Below are positions 47,201-59,189 of a DNA stretch of 64,000 nt, in pieces. The stretch is from assembly GCA_973895155.1 (NCBI GenBank), contig OZ316893.1, positions 1,364,860 through 1,428,859 of the forward strand. The letters are read 5' to 3'. Each line of letters opens with the position of its first letter. The stretch's first letter is position 1. This DNA comes from Marsupella aquatica (taxonomy: Eukaryota; Plantae; Marchantiophyta). A model generated the notes under the pieces. That model was given only the letters and a program-made list of their open reading frames with translations. It did not search any database and was not told the DNA's origin. A program made the translations under genes and the position numbers.

Positions 47201-49898
47201 ATGGGCATTGATGTGTTACACAGCGTGGAGTGGCCTTGGCCAAAGGTAGTGGGATTCTTATGGGCTCTTGTAGCTGCTCCGTTTCTGCTGGCCTGGTTCT
47301 TTTACCTCAGGAACGGCAAGCAAAAGAAATACAGGTTACCTCCAGGGCCACCAACGTATCCAATCATAGGTAATATGAACATCCTCGTCGATAAAACAAA
47401 ACCGACCTACCAGATCGTCGACAACCTCGCCAAGGCTTACGGACCACTTCTGTTATTAAAGGTGGGAGTCCAGAACTTAGTGTTTGTCAGCGACTCTGAG
47501 ATGACGATGGAATTTCTCAAAGCTCAAGATCATCGTTTCGCATATCGACCAGAAGGATTGTTGGCTGGGAGATACTTGGTTTACGGCGACAGCCACATCA
47601 GTAAGCATTCGCCACCCGCTCCACCCACAATGCTTCATATGACACGACCTTCACTCCGATTATTTGATTTGAACCCTAGATAAGCCCCACACCCACATGG
47701 CGACGATTACAAACCGCTCAGTGCAATTATGTCCATGTCCGGAGTTCGTACGTCAACTGACCTTTGCCTATAATTGGTAGTTTGTATGTAGTTACTGAAA
47801 TTGACGAGTGGGGAGCTAGATTTAATTTGTGTGATTGCTTTGAAATGCCCTGCAGCGTTGGGCCAGCCAGGAGAGTACCACAGTTTTCTCCGAAGGTTCG
47901 TAGTAAGCGAGCTCCTTAGCAACAAAAAGTTGCAAGCATTCCGGGGGATAAGGATGGAAGAACAGACGTCAATAATGCGTGAAGCTTACTTGGCATCCCA
48001 ACGCAAAGAGTCCATAAATGTGAGAGGGCTGTTCAATACACTCACACTAAACGTGATAACGAGAATGGCATTTGGGATGAGATTCTTCGGTCTGGACGTC
48101 AAGGTGGACGATGAACAGTTGAAATCTCATCAGGCTTGGGTAGCTGTCGTACCTGAGATGACCACCCGCTTTGGGCACATGCTAGCTGAAAGTGTTCATC
48201 CTTCGTTGTATTGGATCGACACCTTGACCGGTGTAAGGAGGGGGATGCAGTCGTGCCACAAGCGCCTGGATGCTCTCTGCCAGGATCTAGTGGATGAGCA
48301 CAAGCACCGTCTGGATGATCTCAGTCCCAAAGAATTGGAGGCGTACGAGCCCAAGGACTTAATGGACAGAATGCTATTACTGCGAGGAAGAGAGAACGGG
48401 CAGTATATCACTGACAGGAACCTGAAAGCTATATCTCTGGTGAGTGGAATACATACCTACAGAATAAGGATAGCTGGCCAGGGCACCTCGATCTAATCAC
48501 TCGCAAACGAATATTTAAAGTCCTGATGCTACAAACAGATAACAATTATCCCTCTCGCTTTTGAGTTAAATGTATTGTAAAGAATGTTTTCATTGACCAC
48601 CTGACTGTCTTGCTCGTTGCCGATGAGAATATCTAAGTTTAAATTAAAATTTTGCTTCTTATTCTAAATCTTACTTGTTAGGAAGTTAGTGTTCAAATTT
48701 CAATGACAGATCGAGATCAAGTATATATGGATAGAGAAATTATGGGATCCCATATATTGAAAGAGTCCTCACTTATTGGAATGCTGGAATCGTGACATAA
48801 TTGGCAGGATTTAATTGTCGCGGGAAGTGATACGAGTGCAACGATATTGGAATGGTGCATGGCCGAGCTGATAAAGGCACCAGAGCTAATGAAGAGGGCA
48901 CAGGCGGAGGTCGACAATGTGGTGGGTTACGACCGAGCTGTGAATGAGTCTGATATTCCCAACCTGCCATTCCTCGCAGCTGTAATCAAGGAGACATTCC
49001 GACTCCACCCGCCACTTCCATGGCTTCTCCCCCATTCGAATCGTGTGGATTGCAAGGTACGTCTGAGACGCCCATTACTAAAAGTGCTATGTAGATGCAA
49101 ACAATTTTCGACTTCGTGGTGTCTGCCCTCCATTATAAAACCTATCCACGTACTCTCTGGGAAGGTATTCAAGAATTATACCCTCATAAATAAATATCAT
49201 GGTTTCATCGAGGCTTTTACATGTTAGACGGTGAACTCGACGGTCCGTCCAAATTAAGTCCACGACGCAATTTACTTTGTTAGACGTACTGAGCAGATTG
49301 TGTTCTAACTCAAAATCCAGAGATATTTGCAACTTCTCATGTAATGTTAGGAAGCGGAGTACGTAAGTTCTCCATGAGTATAATATCCCAACGTCACAAG
49401 TAAATTATTACACACGCATGATTTAATTAAAATTCGTAAAACTGGTTATTTTGAAATGCACATAGTTTCATGATATATCTTGACAAACACAACCTGATGC
49501 AGGTGGGAGGATATGACATTCCGAAAGGCAGCTTCATTAATTTTAATGTGTATGGGATGAGCCGAAATCCAGCTTACTGGCCGGATCCCCTCAAGTTTGA
49601 CCCGGACAGGTTTTACAACAACGTTAGTAATGACGTCGAGATGCACGGTGCACATCCCCAACTCTTGCCCTTCGGGACCGGCCGAAGGATTTGCCCAGGC
49701 ATGTACATGACCCAGGCTATCGTCAACTCGACTTTGGCTCGAATGCTTCATAGCTTTGACTGGAAAGTTGCAGCCAAAAATGGGGCAAGTGGTGAGATTG
49801 ACATGTGCGAAAGGTCTGGTGCCATAGCTGCGAAGTTAGTTTCCCTTGAAGCTTTCGGAAAGCCTCGATTACCAGCCCACTTATACGAAAGAATGTAA
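47201..49898 (+). CDS. Cytochrome P450, A-type (CYP71 clan), about 542 aa; exons 47201-47600, 47856-48439, 48808-49056, 49503-49898
   Basis: N-terminal membrane anchor, LPPGP hinge, I-helix AGSDTS, K-helix KETFR, PDRF, and heme motif PFGTGRRICPG. The exons sum to 1629 nt in frame. Confidence 0.93.
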
Positions 49899-51365
49899 AT
49901 GCCGGCCTAACATTGGCTGCATATGCTTGTAATTTCGATGTGAGACCTCGAGCTTACTGCCATGCAGCTGACGAGACTGAGGGGTTGAAATTAAGATGGT
50001 TATTGGATCTGTCCCTCGATCAGCTTTGACAGTTTCTCCAAAAGCTTAAGTACTCAAAATGTAGATAATGTTCAGTTGTAGCACCAACGTTGGATTTCAT
50101 AATAAGCGTCCGTTAAGTTCCGAGTCATGCAACATTTTCAGAACAATTAAGCGTGGCTAGAAATAATGTTTTGTGGCCCTAAATGTTCAGAAATAAATTT
50201 ATCATTTCTGTAATGCATGCATCCTTCCTCAGCAGCTCTATAATATGTGCATCCTTCCTCAGCTCAAAGTTAGGGAAGAGTTTCTGGCAATGCTCCTCGC
50301 TGTGACTGAACTTTCACAAACCACACAGTCACCTGCAGAAGATTGCAGATCATGTACCCAGTTCCATAGTTGTCGACCCACTACGATACGGAGAGGTGCG
50401 TTGGAGGAGCTCCAGTGACTGAATTGTCCGCTAAAACAGAATTTAGCTGGGTCGAGTCCTGATTATTATGCTCAGCACCATGGAAGGTGATGCAATTATC
50501 TTGGAGTCCCTCTGAAAAAGTGAAAAGAACTAGATAACGCTCATTTACGCCTTTTTTATGATCTTCACGAGGCTCAAAATCTCTTGTAGCTTTAAATTTC
50601 AGTCGGGTCGACAGGAGACTCTGATGATAGCGGCATTACCCCAAAACCCTCACCCAAGTCAAGGCGATGAAGGACATGATGTAAAAAAATGACACTCTGA
50701 TACAACTACCTATCTATCTTCTATCTGTACAAAGTGTACCTGAATAATTGGAAAGCTAATGCTGGTGATGTACTTCCTTTGCAATACATCCCGAATAACA
50801 TACATATCCATTGTTGACCTTTGCCGTACCTAAGCCTTAGCTGTACCTTCGTACTGGTTTCACTATCTAACGCGAATTTTCATGCAATTGTTTCATGCAA
50901 TTGTTTCTGTCAAATCGCTCAAAGCGCTCAAGCAAGCCGAGATCGAAGACGGCCCCCAATCCGGGTCCCAGTCTTCCTGGTTTTGGTGTAACGTACTGAT
51001 GGCAGCCTGTAGTTTGAGAATGTACCTAGCTACTGTAGGCCAATATGAAAGAGGTGGGGTACGGGAACTAAGCTGCTTTATATGGGTAGCTCAGATAGAA
51101 AGCCAAACCCATCCTCAACAGCTCAATCACAGTCTAATCATTAAATGCAGTAGATATCTTCCGTTTTCTGAGTCTAATCATGAGTTAAATGCAGTAGATA
51201 TCTTCCATTTTCTGAGAGAGGTTAGAAATCAATCTACAGTAGGAGAATTACTTTAATAATCTTCCTAGATTTCTCCTTTACACTAGGTGACATCGGTCAC
51301 CCTGGCAAAGAAGAAAATACCTGAAAAGCTAACTGAATGTTATTTACCTAATTATAAGTCCTGTT

Positions 51366-51965
51366 TAGAGGGCATCATGGGATATAATGCCCCCCAGAAA
51401 GGAGAGCTTCTTGAGTTCTGGGGCTCTTATTGCCCTTAATGCTCCAAAAACTAGCTACAGTAGACCTTCTACTCTTAAAGGCCAGGTGATTTTTATTTGT
51501 TCTAACTGTAGTAGAAAGAGGAGAATATTCCTAAAAAGGTAATTAATCCATATCTTGAAGGTAGCATAATGTTCCCAGAATGGCGCTGAAAAATACAAAG
51601 CAGAAAATCATGAAGGGAATTAAATATAGTCGAGTAAGCCCTGTCTAGAGGGTAGTATGGGATATAATGCCCCCCCCCAAAAAAAAAATCAGAGCTTCAG
51701 TTTGAGTTTTGAGGGCTATTATTACCCATAATGCTCCAAAAACAGGATCATAGTACACCTGAGGGATTTTTATTTTGTCTAATTCTAGTAAAAATAGACA
51801 GAATTTCCTGAAGAGTTGATCCAGATTTGGGAGGGGCATTATGCTCCCAGAATGCCCTGAAAAATACAAAGCAAAATTTCATGAAGGGCACTAAGGATAT
51901 GACGCCCCCAAATGAGAGCTTCTGCTTGAGGTTTGAGATGCTATTATTGTTCATAATGTTCTAGA
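51366..51965. repeat. Diverged tandem repeat of about 280 bp (2 copies plus a partial)
   Basis: TAGAGGG..ATGGGATATAATGCCCCC..AGAGCTTC..TAATGCTCCAAAAAC..CCCAGAATG..CTGAAAAATACAAAGCA..CATGAAGGG is repeated. Confidence 0.7.
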
Positions 51966-52262
51966 AACAAGATTTTACCACACAAGTGCATCTATAAAGA
52001 GCTACAGGTTACCCCCATAGCTTTCATTATAAAGTGCACAGGTTAAAAAATGGACCACCATCAAGGTGCTGAGTGCTCCATCTTTTATTGGCAAGTGCTC
52101 CACATTTTATGGCACTGAGACAATCAAATTTATTGATGTGCCCCCCCAAATAAAATTATTTACCAACCTGTCCCCCAATTTGTATCCAGGTTAACTTTTA
52201 ACTTGTGACTGGGTTATCGCTGCAACGTGGCGAGTCATCATTGGCCTAAGAAATAAATCACA

Positions 52263-52820
52263 GTGTATCTAAAATGAATGCACTAAAAAATACAAAGAAA
52301 TAAATCACAGTTTTAAGTGCATCAAATTAATGCCCTGGAAAATACACTGAGAAAATTGACAAAAGTCAGTCTTTACGTGTTGCTAAAGAGCTTACTGTAG
52401 TCACCATCGTTTTCCATCTAAACGTCAATGCCACTTCTCAAAAGGACATGATGGATCACATCCTCCTGCAAAACCTGAGCCCAAACACCTCTCATAATCC
52501 ATTTGGGGTGTTTTGCATAATACACTCCTCGAAAGAGGGGTGTATCTAAAATGAATGCACTGAAAGATACAAGAAATAAATCAGAGAGTCACTATAAAAA
52601 AAAGCACTGAAATATACAAAGAAATAAATCACAGTTTTTTCAGTGCGTAAAATTAATGCCCTGTAAAATACACTCAGAACAATCACAAAAGTCAGTCTTT
52701 ATGTGTTGTTGAAGAGCATACTATAGTCACCGTCGTTTTCCATCCAACCGTCACTTCCACTTCTCAAAACGACATGATCGATGGCGTCCTCCCGCAAAAC
52801 CTTGAGCCAAACACCTCTCT
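52263..52820. repeat. Diverged tandem duplication of about 230-280 bp
   Basis: GTGTATCTAAAATGAATGCACT..AAATAAATCACAG..AAATTAATGCCCTG..AAAAGTCAGTCTTTA..CCACTTCTCAAAA.GACATGAT..AAACACCTCTC occurs twice. Confidence 0.75.
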
Positions 52821-53503
52821 CTTTTGTGATGGATCATCAAGGACCTGAATTGAACCTCAGCCCGACCAATCGCCATCCCCACCCAGGTCGACGATAATCA
52901 TGATGCTCTCTCTCTCTACTGGCCGTGAAAATTGAGGCTGATCCACACGAAATGATGTGATGCAGATTGATGCTGATCGTCCTCAAGATTTGCGGAAATG
53001 GGTGAGTGGATGCGTTTATATTGGTGGGCCGGCTATGGCGGGTTTTGATGGACTGCGCATTGCCATGCTTGACTCTGCTGTTGCTACTGAGAAGGACGAG
53101 ACAACAATAGTAGTCAGGGCATTGTAATAAATATAGATCCCATCACAACAACAACAGACACAATGCGGACACCATGCAGGATTTGGAAGGGGAGAGGGGC
53201 ATACAGTCATCACACCGACATCATGAAAGTGTCGCTCAGAATTGGGGTTGGATTCCCTGATTGGGTTTTAGGATTTGAAATTTCTGCACGCAACGAGGTG
53301 ATCAGCATTTGACGTCACATTCGTGCTTGGATGGTGATGGAGAGACTATCTCTGTAGAGTAGCCACTCCTGCCATTGAGGCTATATAGTTATCATTTTAT
53401 ATATCCAGAAGGAAAGGAATTAAGAAAGAAAGAAAGAAAGCGAGCAAGGAAATTGAAAGTGTTTTAAAAGGATACAGAAAGCTCTGACTGATTGTCTGCC
53501 AAG

Positions 53504-56500
53504 ATGTCAAGCTTTAGCAAATTGTTCAACAAGGCTCATGATGTATTGTCGGATCCGAAAAGAGAAAAATCACTCCCAACACCCGCAAAACAAGGGCACC
53601 CGCAAGGGCAGGCTGGGTCTTCTAGTGACACACAGAGAAAGGTAGCCTGAATGTCCACCACCCTGATTTGGGTTTTGTTTGAATGTGTCATGTGCAGTGC
53701 TGTGATCCAAAATTTTCTCCGACTTTGTCTGACTCTTGCCCAAGTGATTGATGCCCTACTTAGCTTTTACAGAGTTCAGGGTATGTCCATGTCACAAAGC
53801 ACTGAGATCATAAGGCAAGGCAAACCAAACGAATCTCAAGAGCACGCCACTGACATCAGATGTCATTCCTGTCCAATTATATTACTTGTGTCCCTTGTCA
53901 CCAAATATTTTCCAGCTCGCTCCCAACGACAATCACAACAACAACCCTTCCCACCAAATTTACAAATTTTCCCTATCGATAGGATCTCATGGAGAATCCA
54001 TCAATTAATCCCATTAATTCTATCAATCCATCATACATATTCAATGTTCTTGACCTCCTGTATATCTTTTGTCAATGGGAGATGCTAGAAGTTTTTCTAT
54101 TCAAGGGAAAACTGAAAGTAGGAAACAGCTTGACATAATCCACTCACAATCACTCATTCATTCAGTCCACTTATGACTAACAATGCATACTTGTTTGCAA
54201 TAACCTTTCCATAACAAGTTCTGAAGCTTTGGTAATGCAACACAGAAATGGATTGACAACCCAAAGTTCACAGAGTTCAAGCTTGGGGCAATTTTGGGCA
54301 CTGGAAGCTTTGGGCGTGTACATTTTGCTCAGCACCAGCCTACTGGTACAATTTGCGCAACCAAATCGTTGTCGAAGGCCTCTATTTTGAAAACGAGGCA
54401 GGCACGTAATCTCAGGCTTAGTCTGTTGAGGTTCCTTTCACTGAGCCATAGCTCGCCTAATTCTTCACTTTTATAAAACCAAACCTCGTACTCTTCTTAC
54501 TATAATTCATCTTGTCTAAATTTAGGAAAGGAATTGGGGTCCAAAGAATGCAATCTTCACTTGGGAGGCATCAAACTCAAAAGCAACTTTGCTCATAATT
54601 CACCTTGATTTGCTCCAATAATGGTCCAGCTGAGGCTCTTAATTGTATTCCCAAACAAGGATGACTAATATTGGTAAGTGTCCTCAGATAGAGCACGTAA
54701 AGCAAGAAAAGGGCATCCTAAAGGACATTGATTTTCCCTTCATTGTGAATCTACTTGGCTACTGCCAAGATTCTACATGTGTCCACCTTGTGCTTGAGTA
54801 TGTATGTGGGTAAGTTTTCAACCATTTAATTCTCTATCAAATTTAGCCGTCACATCCTTAAAGATACGAGAACAAGCCACCACTGTCACAAAGGTCAGCT
54901 CATTGTTATGAAATTCTAACTAACCTAACTCATACATTATTCTTGATCTCCATTTAAAATTTGCATGCCTTCTTGATTGACAACGCTCAAGAATGAGCAT
55001 TAAGACCCACCATTTGAGTAGACTTTGAATCTGATGATTGACTGGAGGTCTGAACAAATTATGACAATTGCATTCTGAACACTGTTGTGTCATGACTACA
55101 TGTATCACACAGAGGAGAATTCTTCACATATCTGCGCAGCACGGGACGTTTCGACGAGAACACAACTGTCAGACCATTTGCCTTTGTCATTGCCTTTGCT
55201 TCAGTTGGATTTCTTGACAGTCTAGGAAATGAAATGTGCAGAAACACTTGAATTTTACAATAGTATAGTAATTGACTTGTTGCTTCTCTTTCTCACCCTA
55301 TGCACATTCAAGCTTTAGTTCTAACATGAACAGTGGAACCGCTTAATTTTTGTAACATTCACATGTCATGACTAGCCTTGGAGACCTCTAGATCACCACG
55401 TGTCTTCCCTGCCAATTTAAGATCAAGATCACTAATCCTTCAGTTACAGCAAATATTGAGCAAGAATGATAGGTGGTGATAGAACTTCTATACAATGCTC
55501 CATTAAGCTTTTCCTGAGCTGGCTCTCATTCAAGGCAACCTGAATTTTTGGATGATAAACATATTGTCTAGAAACTGGGAGTCTTTGAGATTGAAGCCCC
55601 CACCGTATTGGCTGGCAGAGGTTCTATGCAGCCCAAGTTCTCGTGTCGTTCGAGTACATTCACAACATGGATATTATCTACAGAGATTTGAAGGTGACAC
55701 CAGTCCCAACACCAATAACACCATGTCTCAGCCATCTTAAGCAAACGGTTCTCCAGAGGTGGAGTAGACATAAGTTTGTGGTGTTATTGTACAAGTACAA
55801 GTACAAGAAATTAGATTCTGTCAATTTTTAATAGTCTGGCTGAAAAAGCTGTACTCAATTTTATAAAACTAAAACCCTTACATGCCTGGGAATGTGACTG
55901 AATGAAAATATCATTGCTATATATACTGGGATCATGGGGACAGCCAGAGAATATGCTTCTTGATCAGGACGGTAACCTCAAGATCGCCGATTTTGGTTTT
56001 GCCAAGAAGATCGACCGAAGAACATTCACTCTTTGTGGTAATTACAACCCCTACTTTAGTAATTGGACTGCTGAGTCATGCCCTTTCATATCTGGTTCTC
56101 CACTCAGTATACTTTCTTCACACCGTCCTGCACACCGTAAGTTGCCTATTTGGACAATGCACTTCAATTAGGTAATTGAGATTACAATTTGTAATATTAA
56201 AGTTTCAATTTTACTACGTGTTTGGGGATGTAGCTCACATGGTAGAGTGATCGCTTTGCATGCGATAGGCACAGGGATCAACACCCCGCATCTCCAATGT
56301 CCTTTTAGTATAATCTATATATTTTTACCCCTCTCCCAAACGTTACTTAAAGAGAAATATGGTATAAGAAGCTCCATCTTTGTCCCTTGTGTTCCATGAT
56401 TTTGCTTTCCTCAAAAGAGAGAAGCAATGGAAGAAAATGAAAATAGTAGAGTGGAGTGGAGTTGGCTTGCCATCATAGATTTTCCAAGTCTATCATTCCT

Positions 56501-59038
56501 GCTAATCTTCATGGCTTTGATGTGCAAACAATTGATATACTTCGACTATGCCATTGTCAGCAAGGAGTCCTTGTAGCAGAAATGGTGGACTCATTTACCC
56601 TTTTTGCTAGCAATTTTTGTACCTGGGAGTGATCACTCATGATTTCCAATGTGTGGGCAATGTGTAACATAGGTACTCCTGATTACTTGGCACCAGAACT
56701 CATCCTCAACAAAGGCCATGGGAAGCCAGTTGATTGGTAAGTTGATCAAAAAAGGACCAGTTGAATGTGGGCAGTATAGATTCTAACATGAGGAAAGTTG
56801 GGTCACTCTGTTTGAGTCTGTGACATCTGAAACTTAGCTAAGGCTACACTTGAGAGCATGAGTTTCTTACCTAACCAGTCATAGATGCATCACATTAAGT
56901 GAGTCTATCAAGTTACAAAACACTAGCTTGTACACAAGTAAATAAGGGCCCACACAGAGTAATGGGATATCCTTATTAATTAGTTAGAAAATGGGTCATC
57001 ATGACTAATTGAAGTACTTGTTGTAAAGTATTCAAATATCTATTGTTTGTAATGGTGATTGTTTCCTTTATTAGCTTCCAAGACTACATATGGCAAATGA
57101 TCAATTATCGTTATGTTCAATACTTGATCATTCAGCTACCAGCTTATTTGTTCGTGATCTTAATTCATATCGCAATGCACAAAATGATCAACCTAAGAAT
57201 TGAATGGATATAATTAATCGTTGCTCAGTTGCTCTTTCGCAAAAGAAAATTTTTTATGGACACTACTGTCAAATTCTCTTAGTTCATACCCAGGAGCGAG
57301 CCAATGTTCTTTTGATCAGCAATCAACTGTGGACATATTCTTCCGTTACTTGAAGTATAATCCACGTCTATGAATCTTGACTTTTGCAGGTGGGCATTTG
57401 GTGTCCTGGTCTTCGAGATGCTAGCCGGCTATCCTCCCTTCTATGACGACGGTCAGTGAGTCAGGTTTCATTTGAATGGTGAATCTTGGAGTATCCTATT
57501 AATTACAGATTTAAGATTGAATTGCTCTACTGCGCACATTGTTGCTAATAGTTTTGATCGTCATTGTAGGCGATCGAGTGATTGATTTATAGGGGGCTGA
57601 CTGTAACTTGTAACTTGCATTGAATTTCCACTTAAACTTGGCATTGCGGTTTCCAAATAGTAGTTATTTATCCAGGATTGTATTTTCAGATCCCGCTCAA
57701 ACATACAAGAAAATCTTGGCTGGGCGAGTGAACTTTCCGGGACACTTCTCTCGAAGGTAAAAAGCTTCTTTGATGCAATAGAGAAGTTGTTGAATAATTA
57801 ATTAGGGATGTTACCTGGTCCAGGTTATGAGATGGCTCAACGTGCTACAAAGTCAAGCATAATTTATTCAACATGATGTAATTAAAACCTGAGATAAAAC
57901 AGGGAACTTCCAAGCACCCATATATACCTGTAATAGCCTTCCAATCAGTTTGCTGATAATTGAACATGGACCATGGAATCAAGTTCCTTATAAGCAAGCC
58001 TAAAAGTCAGCAATGCTTTTATCCAGTTTGATCCTTTGATCCAGTTGGAAGCCTGATCTGCTTCTAATGGCTTGCATTCTGAATTGAGTTGAATTGGTTG
58101 TAAGAAGTTGTCTTAGTAATATCATAGCCCAGAAAAACGCTGCGTTTAACATTGTACATGTTTACTATTGTTGATTTCTCTAGCGCAAAGGACTTGATCA
58201 GGCAGCTCTTGGTGGCCGACCTCACCAAACGGTGCATCCCTCTCCCTGATCAATAGTCTGTCTGACTAACAAATCTCACTTTCTATTCTTTAAACAGAAC
58301 TGAAAATCTGAACCTTCATAATGGAGAGTGTCCAGTATATATGCATCCACCCATGATTCAATGTCTAGGGATAGTGAGCTGAAACAAAGAGATATTGACT
58401 TCCATAGAAATACCTGAATAAATTGTGCTTGGCAAAATTTCTTGTACATGGAAACTGCATAAACATAATCCGGCTCTGAAAAGCTATGGCGAAACAAGCT
58501 TATAGAATATATCTCAATCTTAAGCCGTCTCTAAAATATATCGAGCCATTTTCCTAGATTAAAAAAATAATGTCGTTGTTAACTCAGCAAACTTCTGCTT
58601 GAGTCAGAATTCTTTACAACAAATGCATAGCATGGAACTAGCATCCCAAGAAGTAAATGCTTTGTGCAGGATTGGATGTCTGAAGGATGGAGTGAAAGAT
58701 ATCAAAAATCATGCATGGTTTTCTGGCACCGATTGGAACGCTGTAGTAAGAAAGAAGGATCCACCTCCAATCAGGCCCAAAGTCTCGGTACACTGTTACA
58801 TCTCAACCGTTGAAAATGTATTCTAGACTTTCTGAATAATATGTGCTCGGCTAGGTTAAACTCTTGCAGGTTACCTCCCGGGAGAAGAGATGGGAGTACT
58901 GATTTTAAGTGTGAGTGCCTGCTGACTCTCCAGGGAGCGGATGATACATCCTGCTTTGATGACTACTCCAAGATGGAACCAATGAAGCACGAATTTGTGC
59001 TCTCTGCTAATGACCAAAAACAATTTGAGGACCTCTGA
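53504..59038 (+). CDS. PKAC: cAMP-dependent protein kinase catalytic subunit (PKA-C), about 367 aa; exons 53504-53641, 54246-54401, 54688-54809, 55113-55167, 55619-55693, 55944-56037, 56673-56736, 57390-57451, 57690-57756, 58184-58231, 58670-58787, 58934-59038
   Basis: [101 protein letters not shown] and the [12 protein letters not shown] tail are all PKA-C signatures. The exons sum to 1104 nt in frame. Exon 1 is the least certain. Confidence 0.9.
56224..56296 (+). tRNA. trnA-UGC: tRNA-Ala (anticodon UGC) inside PKA intron 6; divergent, possibly a decaying copy
   Basis: GGGGATGTAGCTCACATGGTAGAGTGATCGCTTTGCATGCGATAGGCACAGGGATCAACACCCCGCATCTCCA. It has the G3-U70 Ala determinant, a perfect anticodon stem ATCGC/GCGAT, one T-stem mismatch, and TTTT shortly downstream. 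Confidence 0.8.
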
Positions 59039-59140
59039 AGTTGGGGGAGCTGCATTCGAACTTTGTCTATCCGACCACTTCATCCAGTTTCCAATCACCA
59101 ATGGGGCTAGGAGGCCTGACAGAAATATTGGTCACTGAAA

Positions 59141-59144
<4 letters not shown>

Positions 59145-59187
<43 letters not shown>
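59145..59187. repeat. (AG)n microsatellite of about 21 units in the PKA 3' region
   Basis: Read directly. Confidence 0.95.
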
Positions 59188-59189
<2 letters not shown>

